A stretch of DNA of 64,000 nucleotides from Candidatus Latescibacterota bacterium (GTDB lineage: Bacteria; Latescibacterota; UBA2968; UBA8231): contig CBDETK010000013.1 of assembly GCA_965242865.1 (NCBI GenBank), positions 3,552,001-3,616,000 of the forward strand, in the 5' to 3' direction. The notes under the pieces were generated by a model that was not told where the DNA came from, made no database searches, and was given only the letters and a program-made list of their open reading frames with translations. Below, piece after piece: positions 54,951 to 64,000 of the stretch. A program made the position numbers and the translations under genes. Position 1 is the stretch's first letter; every line of letters starts with the position of its first letter.

Positions 54951-56228
54951 TCAATTTGAGGGCGGGATTTGCTTGCCCTGCGGGTCTTGCTCGTCGCTGA
55001 TTTGCGCGCCCAACTCGGCGGCCAGCTCGCCGCCAATAAAGTGTTCAATCGCGTCGGCCGGGGCGTGGACGTGGTCTTTGGGGAGGCCCAACTGGCTCAT
55101 ATAGGTCTCCCAAAGCCGGTGATTGCGCAGCAGGCGCAGCGCGGCTTGTTGGCCCTTGGCAGACAAGCCGACGAGGCCATTGGCCTCGCTCAGCAGGTGC
55201 CGCCGCCGCAGGTTGCCAACCGCCAGCCGCGCCAGCAGGCCCCAAACAGCCGCGACCGCCACGAGCTCGGCCGGCCGCAGCCCCGCGCGCTCAGCCCCGC
55301 TTTCCTCGCGTCGCACCAAGGCGAGCAGTATGTGGTCTTGCGCCACTTGCAGGGATAGCCGCACGCGCTGGTAGATCCGCGCCAGCACGCCCTGATTGGG
55401 CGAAAAAAGCAGGGAAAAGACAAAGACCGCGCCGATGACCACCACCATGGCCCCGGCGATGGAGCTATTCCACAGGCTGGCCAAAAAGTAGCCCGCCACC
55501 GCCGAGACCACGCCAAAGAACGCGGCCAACCCCAGCACCGCGATGAGCCGGTCGCTCCACAGGTACGCGGCAGCCCCGGGCACGATCAGCATGGCCACGA
55601 CTAAGATCGCGCCGACCGCCTCAAACGACGCCACCGTCGTCAGGGCGACCAACCCCATCAAGAGATAGTGCATCAGGGTGGCGTTGATCCCCACCGACAT
55701 GGCCATGGCCGGATCAAACGCGGAAATTTTGAATTCCTTGTACAAAAGCGCGACCACCGTCAGATTGATCGCGAGCACCGCGCCCAATATCCACACCGGG
55801 CGCGGCCCCAGCGACGTATCGCCCCACAGCAGCAGGTCCCAAGGGGTATAGGCGATTTCGCCGTAGAGCACGCACTCCTGATCGAGATCGACTTGGCCGG
55901 CATACGCGGTAATGATCACCACGCCCAGCGCGAACAGCGCGGTAAACACAATGCCGATGGCCGCGTCCTCCTGCACGCGCCACCGCCGGTGAAACGCCTC
56001 GACCAACAGCGCGGTCACCAAGCCTAAGACGGCCGCGCCCAAAAACATCGGCAGCACCGCCCGGCTGCCCGACAGCAGGAAGGCCACGGCGATCCCGGGC
56101 AGCACCGAGTGGCTCAACGCGTCGCCCAACAGTGCCATCTTGCGCAGCACCAAGAAGGTGCCCAACAAGCCACAAGACGCGGTGACCAACGCGCCAGTGA
56201 GCACGATCCAGAAAGCCCCTTCGCTCAT
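54951..56228 (-). CDS. Mn/Zn/Fe ABC permease (TroD-like) with C-terminal DtxR-type domain
   Basis: DALSHSVLPG; C-terminal HRLWETY...ADAIEH. Confidence 0.9.
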   Translation of the reverse strand: MSEGAFWIVLTGALVTASCGLLGTFLVLRKMALLGDALSHSVLPGIAVAFLLSGSRAVLPMFLGAAVLGLVTALLVEAFHRRWRVQEDAAIGIVFTALFALGVVIITAYAGQVDLDQECVLYGEIAYTPWDLLLWGDTSLGPRPVWILGAVLAINLTVVALLYKEFKISAFDPAMAMSVGINATLMHYLLMGLVALTTVASFEAVGAILVVAMLIVPGAAAYLWSDRLIAVLGLAAFFGVVSAVAGYFLASLWNSSIAGAMVVVIGAVFVFSLLFSPNQGVLARIYQRVRLSLQVAQDHILLALVRREESGAERAGLRPAELVAVAAVWGLLARLAVGNLRRRHLLSEANGLVGLSAKGQQAALRLLRNHRLWETYMSQLGLPKDHVHAPADAIEHFIGGELAAELGAQISDEQDPQGKQIPPSN

Positions 56229-56417
56229 TCGCCCCCCCCCGGCGGCAGTGGCTCCATCCCCGTACCCGTGGGGGCGTCCCCCTGTGGACGCCCTCCCTTC
56301 CCTCGCTCATTCGCCCCCCCCCGGCAGTAATGGCTCCATCCCCGTACCCGTGGGGGCGTCCCCCTGTGGACGCCCTCCCTTCCCTCGCTCATTCGCGCCC
56401 TCCCCGGCGGTAGTGGC
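56221..56417. repeat. 82-bp tandem repeat (about 2.4 copies), each unit with a REP-like hairpin and a C9 tract
   Basis: tcgctcattc at 56221, 56303, 56385; gtgggggcgtccccctgtggacgccc hairpin. Confidence 0.9.
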
Positions 56418-57717
56418 TGCCGGTGCCGTGGATATTGACGATCCGGGCCGGGTCCAACCCTTGCTCGCGCTTGAGGATGTCCTCTAGCTCGGCAATGATT
56501 TCCGGCGTCAGCAAGTGCTCCACCTCGTCGGCCGGCCGATCCACGTGATCCGCGTCGAGTATATCCCGATAATACAAGTAGTGTTCCCACAAGCGGTGCG
56601 ATTTAACCACGAACAGCCCTTCCTCCGCGCCGGTGGCCGTTAGGACGAAACGCCCGTCTCGGGGCGCGACCAGCCCCTTTTCGGCGAGCTGCCGCCCGAG
56701 GCGTTTGACCCGGTCGGGCGACAGGCCCATCTCAATGGCCAGTTCCTCCACGGCCCAGGGGCGGCTCGTTCTTAGCTTCTCTTGCAGCTCGACGCAGGCG
56801 CGCAAAAAGTGCTGCTGGCTCTCGCGGCGGCTGTTGTGCCGCTGCCGCCGCCACCGCGCCAACACCCCGCGCCGGGGCGCGAAAAGAGCCGAAACCACAA
56901 AGCACCAAGTGGCGATGAGCACCATCACCGGGCCGGTGGGAACCCGCGGCACCAAGGAGCTGATGAAGGTGCCGACCACGCCAGCCAACCCCCCGAACGC
57001 AGCCGCGAGCAGGACCATCTCGTGCAACCGCTCGGTCCAAAAGCGCGCTGCCACGGCCGGCGTGATGAGCATGGCCGCAATCAGCACCACGCCGACGGCC
57101 TGCAAGCCGACGATCACCGTCAGGGCAATAAGCCCCATGAGCAGGGCGTCGATCCAGCGGGATGAGTACCCGAGTGTCTGCAAGAAGTCCGCGTCGAAAA
57201 TCAGGGCCTTGAACTCCTTAAAAAACAGGGCCACTGCGAGGAGGATGAGGACCGCCAGTGCGCTCATGACGCGCAGGTCGTCTTCTACCAGCGAGGCCGC
57301 TTGCCCAAAGAGGAATTTGTCCAAGCCGCTCTGATTGCCCGTGCCGACCCGCTGAACGTGGGTCAACAGCACGATGCCCACGCCAAAAAACACGGACAGG
57401 ACAATGCCGATGGCTGAATCGGCCTTGACGCGGGTAAAGTTGATGATGAACTGCATCACCAACACCCCGAGCACCCCGGAAATCGCCGCGCCCGCCAGCA
57501 GCACCGGCAGGGCCTTGCTCCCAGTCCACAAGTAGGCCAACGCCACGCCCGGCAGGGCCGCGTGCGCCAGCGCGTCGCCGACGAGGCTCCGCCGCCGCAA
57601 CACGGCAAACGACCCCAGCAACCCGCCAGTCGCGCCGATCAGCAGGGCGCCGAAGAGCACGAAGCGCACGTTGGCGTCGGCCAAGCTCAAAAAGCGCAGG
57701 GCGTTTTCGGCGATCAC
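56389..57717 (-). CDS. Mn/Zn/Fe ABC permease (TroC-like) with C-terminal HTH/DtxR-type domain
   Basis: DALAHAALPG; HRLWEHY...ADEVEH; GTG start inferred. Confidence 0.9.
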   Translation of the reverse strand: MIAENALRFLSLADANVRFVLFGALLIGATGGLLGSFAVLRRRSLVGDALAHAALPGVALAYLWTGSKALPVLLAGAAISGVLGVLVMQFIINFTRVKADSAIGIVLSVFFGVGIVLLTHVQRVGTGNQSGLDKFLFGQAASLVEDDLRVMSALAVLILLAVALFFKEFKALIFDADFLQTLGYSSRWIDALLMGLIALTVIVGLQAVGVVLIAAMLITPAVAARFWTERLHEMVLLAAAFGGLAGVVGTFISSLVPRVPTGPVMVLIATWCFVVSALFAPRRGVLARWRRQRHNSRRESQQHFLRACVELQEKLRTSRPWAVEELAIEMGLSPDRVKRLGRQLAEKGLVAPRDGRFVLTATGAEEGLFVVKSHRLWEHYLYYRDILDADHVDRPADEVEHLLTPEIIAELEDILKREQGLDPARIVNIHGTGSHYRRGGRE

Positions 57718-57719
57718 GG

Positions 57720-58490
57720 TCAACTCTCGCGCCGCTGCTCCGCCATGGCTTGGGCGGCCTGCGAGAGCACGGTCAGCCGACCGCCGTAGGTCTTTTGCAG
57801 GTTGTCGTCGGTAAAGACTTCGCGGGTTGGGCCGGATGCCACGACCCGCATGTTGAGCATGATGACCCAGTCGAAGTATTCGGTCACCGTCTGCAAGTCG
57901 TGGTGAACCACTAAGATGGTTTTGCCCTGCTGGCGCAGGGCCACCAAGCTGGCGATGATCGCGCGCTCGGTGGCCGCATCCACCCCGGCAAAAGGCTCGT
58001 CCATGATGTAAATGCGGGCCTCTTGGGCCAAGGCGCGGGCGAGAAAGACTCGCTGCTGCTGGCCGCCCGACAGCTGGCTGATCTGCCGCTCGGCAAACGG
58101 GGCCATATCGACCTCGTCGAGGGCCGCCCAAGCGAGGCGGCGATCTTCCTTGCGCGGCCGCCGCAGCCATCCCACATGGCCATAGCGGCCCATGAGCACC
58201 ACGTCGAGCGCGCTGACCGGGAAGTCCCAATCCACGGATTCGCGCTGCGGCACATAGCCGATGATCTTGCGCATCTGGCTGTAGTCCTCGCCGTAGATTT
58301 TGACCCAGCCCGACGCCTTGGGCACGAGATCCATAATGGCCTTGATCATGGTGCTCTTGCCCGAGCCGTTGGGACCGATGATGCCGACGAGCTGCCCTTC
58401 GGGCACATCGAGGTCCACGTCCCACAGCACCGGCTTCTTGTGGTAGGCAATGGTCATGTCGTGGATTTGGATGGGATGGAGCGCGCTCAC
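57720..58490 (-). CDS. Metal ABC transporter ATP-binding protein (TroB/MntB-like)
   Basis: [31 protein letters not shown]. Confidence 0.93.
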   Translation of the reverse strand: MSALHPIQIHDMTIAYHKKPVLWDVDLDVPEGQLVGIIGPNGSGKSTMIKAIMDLVPKASGWVKIYGEDYSQMRKIIGYVPQRESVDWDFPVSALDVVLMGRYGHVGWLRRPRKEDRRLAWAALDEVDMAPFAERQISQLSGGQQQRVFLARALAQEARIYIMDEPFAGVDAATERAIIASLVALRQQGKTILVVHHDLQTVTEYFDWVIMLNMRVVASGPTREVFTDDNLQKTYGGRLTVLSQAAQAMAEQRRES

Positions 58491-59389
58491 CGCAAGGCTC
58501 CCACCAGGGTATTGACGTTGCTTTCGACCATGCCCACGTACGTGTCGGCGCCGCTGCCGGCCACCCCCATTGCGTCCGAGTATAGGGTGCCGCCGATTTC
58601 CACTTGGAAGCCGCGCTCCAAGCACCCTTCGCGCACCGCCTCAATCGAGCGCGCCGGCACGCTGCTCTCGACGAATATGGCCTTGACCTCGCGCTCCACG
58701 ATCAGATCGACGAGCCGAGTGACGTCGTTGACCCCGTACTCGGCCACCGTGGAAATGCCTTGCAGGCCGACGACCTCCACGCCGTAAGCCCGACCAAAAT
58801 AGCCAAAGGCATCGTGGGCCGTAATCAGCACCCGGCGGGCCTCCGGCAGCAGCGCGACCTGCTCGACGACCCATTGGTGCAGCGAGTCGAGGCGCGCTCG
58901 GTAGCGGGCGCCGTTCTGGCGATAGACCGCGGCCCCGTCCGGGTCCAGCGCGCTCAGGCGGGCCACGACCGGCTCAATCGTCTGCGCCCACAGCGATACG
59001 TCGAACCAGATGTGGGGATCAAAGTGGCCCTCAAACTCCGGGGGACGCAGCAAGCGCTCTTTCGGTAGGTGCTCGGCCACGGCCAACACCTGCTTGCGGC
59101 GGGCCATTTTGGCGAACACATCTTCGAGCTTGCCTTCGAGGAAAAGGCCGTTGAAGAGAATCAAATTCGCGGCCGTTAGCTTGGCCAAATCGCCCTGCGA
59201 TGCCTTGTAGTAATGCGGATCAACGCCCGGGCCCATCATCCCGACAACCGCGATGCGATCGCCGCCGATGTTCCGAGCGAGGTCGGCCACCATTCCCGTG
59301 GTACACACCACCTCGATCTGTTGGTCGCCGCGCTCGGGTGCGCCGCACCCCAACGCGCACGACAAAATGAAAATGAAAATCCAGCGCAT
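58487..59389 (-). CDS. Metal-binding lipoprotein (TroA/MntA-like)
   Basis: Lipobox ALGC; GVDPHYY, DPHIWFD, TAHDAF, YSDAMG. Confidence 0.93.
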   Translation of the reverse strand: MRWIFIFILSCALGCGAPERGDQQIEVVCTTGMVADLARNIGGDRIAVVGMMGPGVDPHYYKASQGDLAKLTAANLILFNGLFLEGKLEDVFAKMARRKQVLAVAEHLPKERLLRPPEFEGHFDPHIWFDVSLWAQTIEPVVARLSALDPDGAAVYRQNGARYRARLDSLHQWVVEQVALLPEARRVLITAHDAFGYFGRAYGVEVVGLQGISTVAEYGVNDVTRLVDLIVEREVKAIFVESSVPARSIEAVREGCLERGFQVEIGGTLYSDAMGVAGSGADTYVGMVESNVNTLVGALR

Positions 59390-59425
59390 AGTTCCTTACT
59401 CGTTTAACCGCCGCTCCGCCTCGTC

Positions 59426-59465
59426 GCTTGAAGATGCAGCTTGAAGATGCAGCTTGAAGATGCAG
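59426..59465. repeat. Three 13-bp tandem repeats in the metal-ABC operon leader
   Basis: gcttgaagatgca x3. Confidence 0.85.
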
Positions 59466-59782
59466 AGCGCAGTATGCAGTTGATTGGTGATATAGCCGTC
59501 CTAAATGACTTGAAAGCATGAAATGTTCATCGGCCCTGTTTTTTGCGTAGAGAGGTCATTTGTATGTTGCAGTCGGGTTTCCGATTGGCCACTCTGAAAG
59601 GGCGGGGTGAGGGGCGCGTCGTGCGTCACTGGGTGCGCGGCCTGGTTTGGGCGGCGGCACCGTGCGGGAGTACGACCACCCCTCACCCACCTATCTCGTT
59701 GTCGCTCCGAACGGATACAGGGGCCCAAGGCCCGCATTACAAGTGTGGAGGACAGCATCATTATAACCAGGAGGCTATTCGT

Positions 59783-60410
59783 ATGAAAGTCATTGCCGGT
59801 ATGGACGTAGGCAAGACGAGTTTGGACGTGTCGGTGTCGGCGGGTCCGGTGCGTCGGTTTGAGAACACCCCGGCGGGCTTTGCGGTCTTGGGGGCGTGGT
59901 TGACCCGTCAGGGGGCAACCGAGGTCGTGTGCGAACCGACGGGGGGCTATGAGCGGGCGGCGGTGCGGTGGTTGCAGCGCACGGGGGTGTCGGTCCACGT
60001 AGCGCACCCCAACCGCGTGCGAAGCTTCGTGCGGGCAGCTAGGCACCAGGCCAAGACCGACGCTTTGGACGCCCAGATGCTGGCGCGGTATGGGGCGGTC
60101 TTCCCGATGCCGCGCTGGCTGGCCAAGGAAGCCGATCGGGAGGAACTACAGGACCTGCTGCGCCGGCGTAAGCCGTTGGTTCAACAGCGGGTGCAGGAAA
60201 GCCAGCGGCTGGACAAAGGGCTGACCGAAGGGGCTACACCTCCATTGAGCGCCATCTCCAGTGGCTCGACGAAGAGATTGCACAGGTGGAGGAAGCCCAC
60301 CGGGCGGCGGTGAAAAACAACGCCTCGCTGGAGTGTACCGGGCGTCGGGGAACGGACCGCCGCGACACTGGTGGGGTATCTGCCGGAGTTAGGGCAATGG
60401 GGTACTTTAC
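59783..60410 (+). pseudogene. IS110-family recombinase, frameshifted and truncated
   Basis: GMDVGK, CEPTGGYE, AKTDALDA (DEDD domain); continues in shifted frames (SIERHLQWLDEEI; SVPGVGERTAATLVGYLPELG) then stops. Confidence 0.88.
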
Positions 60411-60420
60411 TACACAAGGG

Positions 60421-60476
60421 TCGAGGGCATCTTGCCCTCGTCGAAGGCGGGACGCCCTCGATCCCGGCCGCAACGG
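60421..60476. repeat. REP-like palindrome pair, family B
   Basis: cgagggcatcttgccctcg + tcgaaggcgggacgccctcgatcccgg. Confidence 0.6.
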
Positions 60477-60610
60477 CAACGTTTCCAAGCTCTTGATCTG
60501 TATATCGCCTCCATGTCTAAGTATATTTGACGCACAACTCACTCATCTCCAGATCGAATACGGCCCGTCTATACTGGGCGGGCAATTCCACTCATTTTAA
60601 GGAGGTCGAA

Positions 60611-63184
60611 ATGACACTGCACACGCTCGCTATGCTACGGTGGCCGACAGCCCTCGCGCTCGGCATCGCCGTGGCCCTTTCCCTCGACGCCGTGGCCCAA
60701 GAGGATAAGACCGCAGCAGAGGAGAGCCCTGCCGACGCGGAAATGCTCGAAGGGGTCGTAGAGCTCGAAGAGCAGGTGGTGACCGGGGCGCGGCAACCGC
60801 GCTCGGTAACGGATTCGGCCGTGCCGGTCGACGTCGTCCGCGGCGAAGATTTCGTCAAGCAAGGGGGCACAGACCTGCCTGACCTGCTGAGAAACGTCGT
60901 CCCCTCGTACAACGTCTCGTTCCAGCCGATCAGCGATGCGGCCACAGTCGTCCGTCCTCCCAATCTGCGGGGGCTGGCACCGGACCATGCGCTCGTGCTG
61001 GTCAACGGCAAGCGTCGCCACCGCGCCTCGGTGATCTACTGGCTGGGCAATGGCTACTCTGATGCGGCGCAGGGGCCGGACATTTCCCCGATCCCGGCCA
61101 TCGCGCTCAAGCGGGTAGAAGTGCTGCGCGACGGGGCCTCGGCTCAGTACGGGTCCGACGCCATTGCCGGGGTGCTGAACTTTCAACTCAAGGACAGGTA
61201 CCAAGGCGGGTCTCTCGAGATCAAGCCCGGCATTTTCCAAGAAGGCGATGGGTTCACGTACAGTGCTGCGGGCAATATCGGCTTGGGCAGCGAGCGGGCT
61301 TGGGCCAACCTCAGCCTAGAGTACGGCAACGCCGATGAGACCGACCGATCGGTGCAACGAGCGGATGCTACGGCCCTGAGAGAGGTCGGCAATACCGATG
61401 TGGCCGACCCGGCCCAACCTTGGGGTCAACCCATCATCAGGAACGACCTAAAGTTCTTTGCCAACTACGGCGCGAATCTCAACGACAACCTCGGGCTGTA
61501 TGGTCACGCCAACTATGCCAGCAAGGAGGTCGAAGGCGGATTCTACTTCCGCAACCCCAATACGCGGCCGGCCGTATTTAGCATCGACGAAGGGGCGACC
61601 TTGCTCGTGGGCGATCTGGACGGTTTGGACGACGAGGGCAATAGCGATTGTCCCACGGTGCCCATAACCGACAACGTGCCAGAATCCGGTGCCCTGCAGC
61701 AGGTTTTTGACGACGACAATTGCTTCACCTTCCAAGAGGTTTATCCGGGTGGGTTCACGCCCCGCTTTGGCGGCAACACCACCGATCGCGCCGTTTTGCT
61801 GGGCATAAAAGGCACGGTTCCCAACCCGACGGTTACTTGGGATCTAAGTGCCTCCTATGGCCGCCATCACTCCGACTTCTTCATTTTCAACACCGTAAAC
61901 GCCTCGCTGGGGCCTGACTCGCCGACATCGTTTGAGCCGGGCGACTACATCCAGACCGATACCAACGTCAACTTTGACGTTACTCTTCCGGTCAACCAGC
62001 AGCTATTCCTCGCGGCGGGCCTTGAATACCGCACGGAAGCCTTTGAAATCGTGCAGGGACAAGAAGAATCTTTTGCCGTCGGCCCCTTAGCGTCTCAAGG
62101 CTTTAGCTCCGGTTCCAATGGTTTTCCGGGTTTCGGGGAGATTGCGGCCGGCCGCTGGGATCGGTCCAACGTTGCTGCATACCTAGAAGCGGAAGTTAGC
62201 CCGCTCGAAAACTGGTTGCTGGCCGGTGCGGTGCGCTACGAAAACTTCGACGACTTTGGCAGCACCACCAACTACAAGCTGGCGACCAACTACGGCTTTA
62301 CCGACCAGCTAAAAGTGCGCGGCAGCTACAGCACCGGGTTCAGAGCACCGACCCCCGGCCAGCAAAACGCCTTCAACGTGACGACCGAATTCGGCCAAGA
62401 CAGCGAAGGCAATTTCATCCTGATCAATAAGGGCACGATTCCTTCTACGCATTCAGCGGCCGAACTGGTCGGCGGCAAGGGACTCGAGCCTGAAAGGTCG
62501 AAGAATTTCACGATGGGTGCTGTTGTTGGTAATGATGCGCTGAGCCTGACGATCGACTACTTCAACATCGAAGTGGAGGATCGCATGACGGTCTCCAGCG
62601 ACAAGCAGCTTACGCCCGAGCAGATCGAGCAGTTGGAGGCTACGGGCATAAACGCACGCAACCTACAGGAGTTTCGCTTTTTTACCAATGACTTTGCAAC
62701 GAAAACCCAAGGCATCGACTTGGTCGTCACGGCGCCCGTGGCTGCGGGTGAACTGAGCTACACGTATAACTTCACGAGCACCGAAGTTACCCAGTACGAC
62801 ACGCTCCTGCTCGACGACCAACGCATCACCTTGTTGGAGAAGGGGCTTCCCAGACACCGCTGGAATTTGACCCTGACCCAAGCCCTGAGCGATAATTTGG
62901 CTGCCCTCGGGCGCGTCAGTTATTACGAGTCTTGGAATGAGTGGGCCTTTGGGCCTGCGGCCCAAGTCTTTGGTCACGCCTTCTTGCTCGACCTAGAGGC
63001 CAGTCTCTCGCTAGCTCCTCGCTCAACGGTCGCTGTTGGCGTCCACAACCTCCTCAACGTCGAGCCGGATAATCGCACCGCTGGGCCGGACTGGGGGCCG
63101 GCAGTCGGTCGGCCTTTCGGCGAGTACAGCCCTTATGGCTTTGGCGGCGCATTCTGGTACACAAAGTATAGCTACAACTTCTAG
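60611..63184 (+). CDS. TonB-dependent receptor
   Basis: AAGGAGG RBS; signal peptide; VVTGAR, LVLVNGKR, RVEVLRDGASAQYGSDAIAGVLN; C-terminal Phe. Confidence 0.95.
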   Translation: MTLHTLAMLRWPTALALGIAVALSLDAVAQEDKTAAEESPADAEMLEGVVELEEQVVTGARQPRSVTDSAVPVDVVRGEDFVKQGGTDLPDLLRNVVPSYNVSFQPISDAATVVRPPNLRGLAPDHALVLVNGKRRHRASVIYWLGNGYSDAAQGPDISPIPAIALKRVEVLRDGASAQYGSDAIAGVLNFQLKDRYQGGSLEIKPGIFQEGDGFTYSAAGNIGLGSERAWANLSLEYGNADETDRSVQRADATALREVGNTDVADPAQPWGQPIIRNDLKFFANYGANLNDNLGLYGHANYASKEVEGGFYFRNPNTRPAVFSIDEGATLLVGDLDGLDDEGNSDCPTVPITDNVPESGALQQVFDDDNCFTFQEVYPGGFTPRFGGNTTDRAVLLGIKGTVPNPTVTWDLSASYGRHHSDFFIFNTVNASLGPDSPTSFEPGDYIQTDTNVNFDVTLPVNQQLFLAAGLEYRTEAFEIVQGQEESFAVGPLASQGFSSGSNGFPGFGEIAAGRWDRSNVAAYLEAEVSPLENWLLAGAVRYENFDDFGSTTNYKLATNYGFTDQLKVRGSYSTGFRAPTPGQQNAFNVTTEFGQDSEGNFILINKGTIPSTHSAAELVGGKGLEPERSKNFTMGAVVGNDALSLTIDYFNIEVEDRMTVSSDKQLTPEQIEQLEATGINARNLQEFRFFTNDFATKTQGIDLVVTAPVAAGELSYTYNFTSTEVTQYDTLLLDDQRITLLEKGLPRHRWNLTLTQALSDNLAALGRVSYYESWNEWAFGPAAQVFGHAFLLDLEASLSLAPRSTVAVGVHNLLNVEPDNRTAGPDWGPAVGRPFGEYSPYGFGGAFWYTKYSYNF

Positions 63185-63207
63185 GAACGGCTGTCCGAGG
63201 AGTCCAT

Positions 63208-63246
63208 GCAAAAGGCTGAGTACCCAAGTGGTACTCAGCCTTTTGC
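63208..63246. terminator. Bidirectional intrinsic terminator
   Basis: gcaaaaggctgagtacc-caagt-ggtactcagccttttgc. Confidence 0.85.
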
Positions 63247-63315
63247 GGTTTCTGATTTAGACACTAACCTCTAAGTACGCGATACTTGCTTTGCGTCCGC
63301 CTTTTCTGGTGTTCC

Positions 63316-63350
63316 CGTTGCATCCGGGATCGAGGGCGTCCCGCCCTCAA
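63316..63350. repeat. REP-like palindrome, family B, inverted relative to 60441-60476
   Basis: Reverse complement ttgagggcgggacgccctcgatcccggatgcaacgg. Confidence 0.6.
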
Positions 63351-63372
63351 CGTTTGTTCAGTTTAAAAAATG

Positions 63373-63561
63373 CTATCGAGCACTATCAGCCACAACACGC
63401 AAGAAAGGATGATTGGCTTTATTATGTCCCGTCTCTTCTTCCCTCCTTTTGGATTTTCCAATACATATATTGATCGCTTCCATTTTGTCAAGAACTTCGG
63501 CAACCTTTTCGTATCCATCAGGTTGGTTCTTGATCTTGATATGAGATTTATTCGTTGTCAT
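63373..63561 (-). CDS. Small hypothetical protein (low GC)
   Basis: AAGGAG RBS; follows the protease-like gene. Confidence 0.45.
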   Translation of the reverse strand: MTTNKSHIKIKNQPDGYEKVAEVLDKMEAINICIGKSKRREEETGHNKANHPFLRVVADSAR

Positions 63562-63580
63562 AACTAGTCTCCTTTTTCAA

Positions 63581-64000
63581 TTAAATTAGATTCTTACTCT
63601 GAATAAAACTGCGAAACCCGTTACGATTACAATAGTCCATCAAAAACCAGAAATGATCCCGAATAAGCTGCCATTGCTTTGGGTCCTGTTCTAGGTCTTC
63701 TATCTTCAACTCCAGTTCATCCCTTAAAACTTTACTACTAATTCCTCTTCCATGAGACCCCCATCGCTGCTGGTCGTTTAAAGCCTCTGCAATCTTATTT
63801 GCCCGTTCTTCACGCATCTTATCACTCACTGCAATTTTTTGATCCTCTGTCTCTTTCCAATTCCGAAATTTATACTGAACAAGCCATTTCTTTAGTAGAT
63901 CTATAGTAAGATCCTTCGCTAAACGATACATATCTAGCTCTGCAAGATCCAATTTCTGAAGTAGTATCATCTCGGCTGGCGTTATTCCAGGACCTTTCTT
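63581..64000 (-). CDS. C-terminus of ClpP-class/SDH-like serine protease (partial)
   Basis: KIAEALNDQQRWGSHGRGIS motif; frame runs off the window edge; low GC. Confidence 0.6.
   Translation of the reverse strand, partial: KKGPGITPAEMILLQKLDLAELDMYRLAKDLTIDLLKKWLVQYKFRNWKETEDQKIAVSDKMREERANKIAEALNDQQRWGSHGRGISSKVLRDELELKIEDLEQDPKQWQLIRDHFWFLMDYCNRNGFRSFIQSKNLI

Noticed and set aside
56221-56417. CRISPR array
   Set aside because: Whole units repeat with no unique spacers, and no cas genes nearby
56389-58644. 751-aa ORF as a single fused protein
   Set aside because: N-terminal ~309 aa overlap the ATPase gene in another frame; the real permease starts near 57717
59543-59782. N-terminal extension of the IS110 ORF
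   Set aside because: Homology and the GGAGG RBS place the start at 59783
60611-60625. TonB receptor N-terminus MTLH resembling the peptide leaders
   Set aside because: Lacks the Tyr at +7 and continues as an ordinary signal peptide; likely coincidence
1-64000. tRNA/rRNA genes
   Set aside because: None recognised by eye; a covariance search would be needed to exclude them

Overview
GC-rich bacterial chromosome segment. A C-terminal 'SWGQIK' motif and the gene content suggest a Latescibacterota/Poribacteria-like organism, possibly host-associated (inference). Most of the window is housekeeping or catabolic: MFS, ECF sigma/anti-sigma, M16C protease, anmK, GT-C glycosyltransferases, BCCT, feoAB, dehydratase, AKRs, msrA, yciH, a Tro/Mnt-type ABC system and a TonB receptor. 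Both ends carry lower-GC accessory blocks (GmrSD-like nuclease on the left, ClpP/SDH-like protease on the right). The standout is a ~16.6-kb minus-strand locus (36116-52765) that looks like an undescribed, self-regulated RiPP-type system. Two homologous enhancer + sigma-54 promoter modules each head tiny peptide ORFs, several missed or mis-started by the ORF track. Four share an LH-x6-Y leader-like motif, and one has a Cys-rich core ending CCCCG. They are followed by ACP, rhodanese, MauE/DoxX, GT4, a BtrH-like protein, a beta-propeller lipoprotein, thioredoxin-fold proteins, an ABC exporter, an S8 peptidase-DUF1611 fusion, an orphan peptide-binding lipoprotein, a Cache histidine kinase and an NtrC-type activator. 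All family calls are from motif recognition by eye, with no database search.
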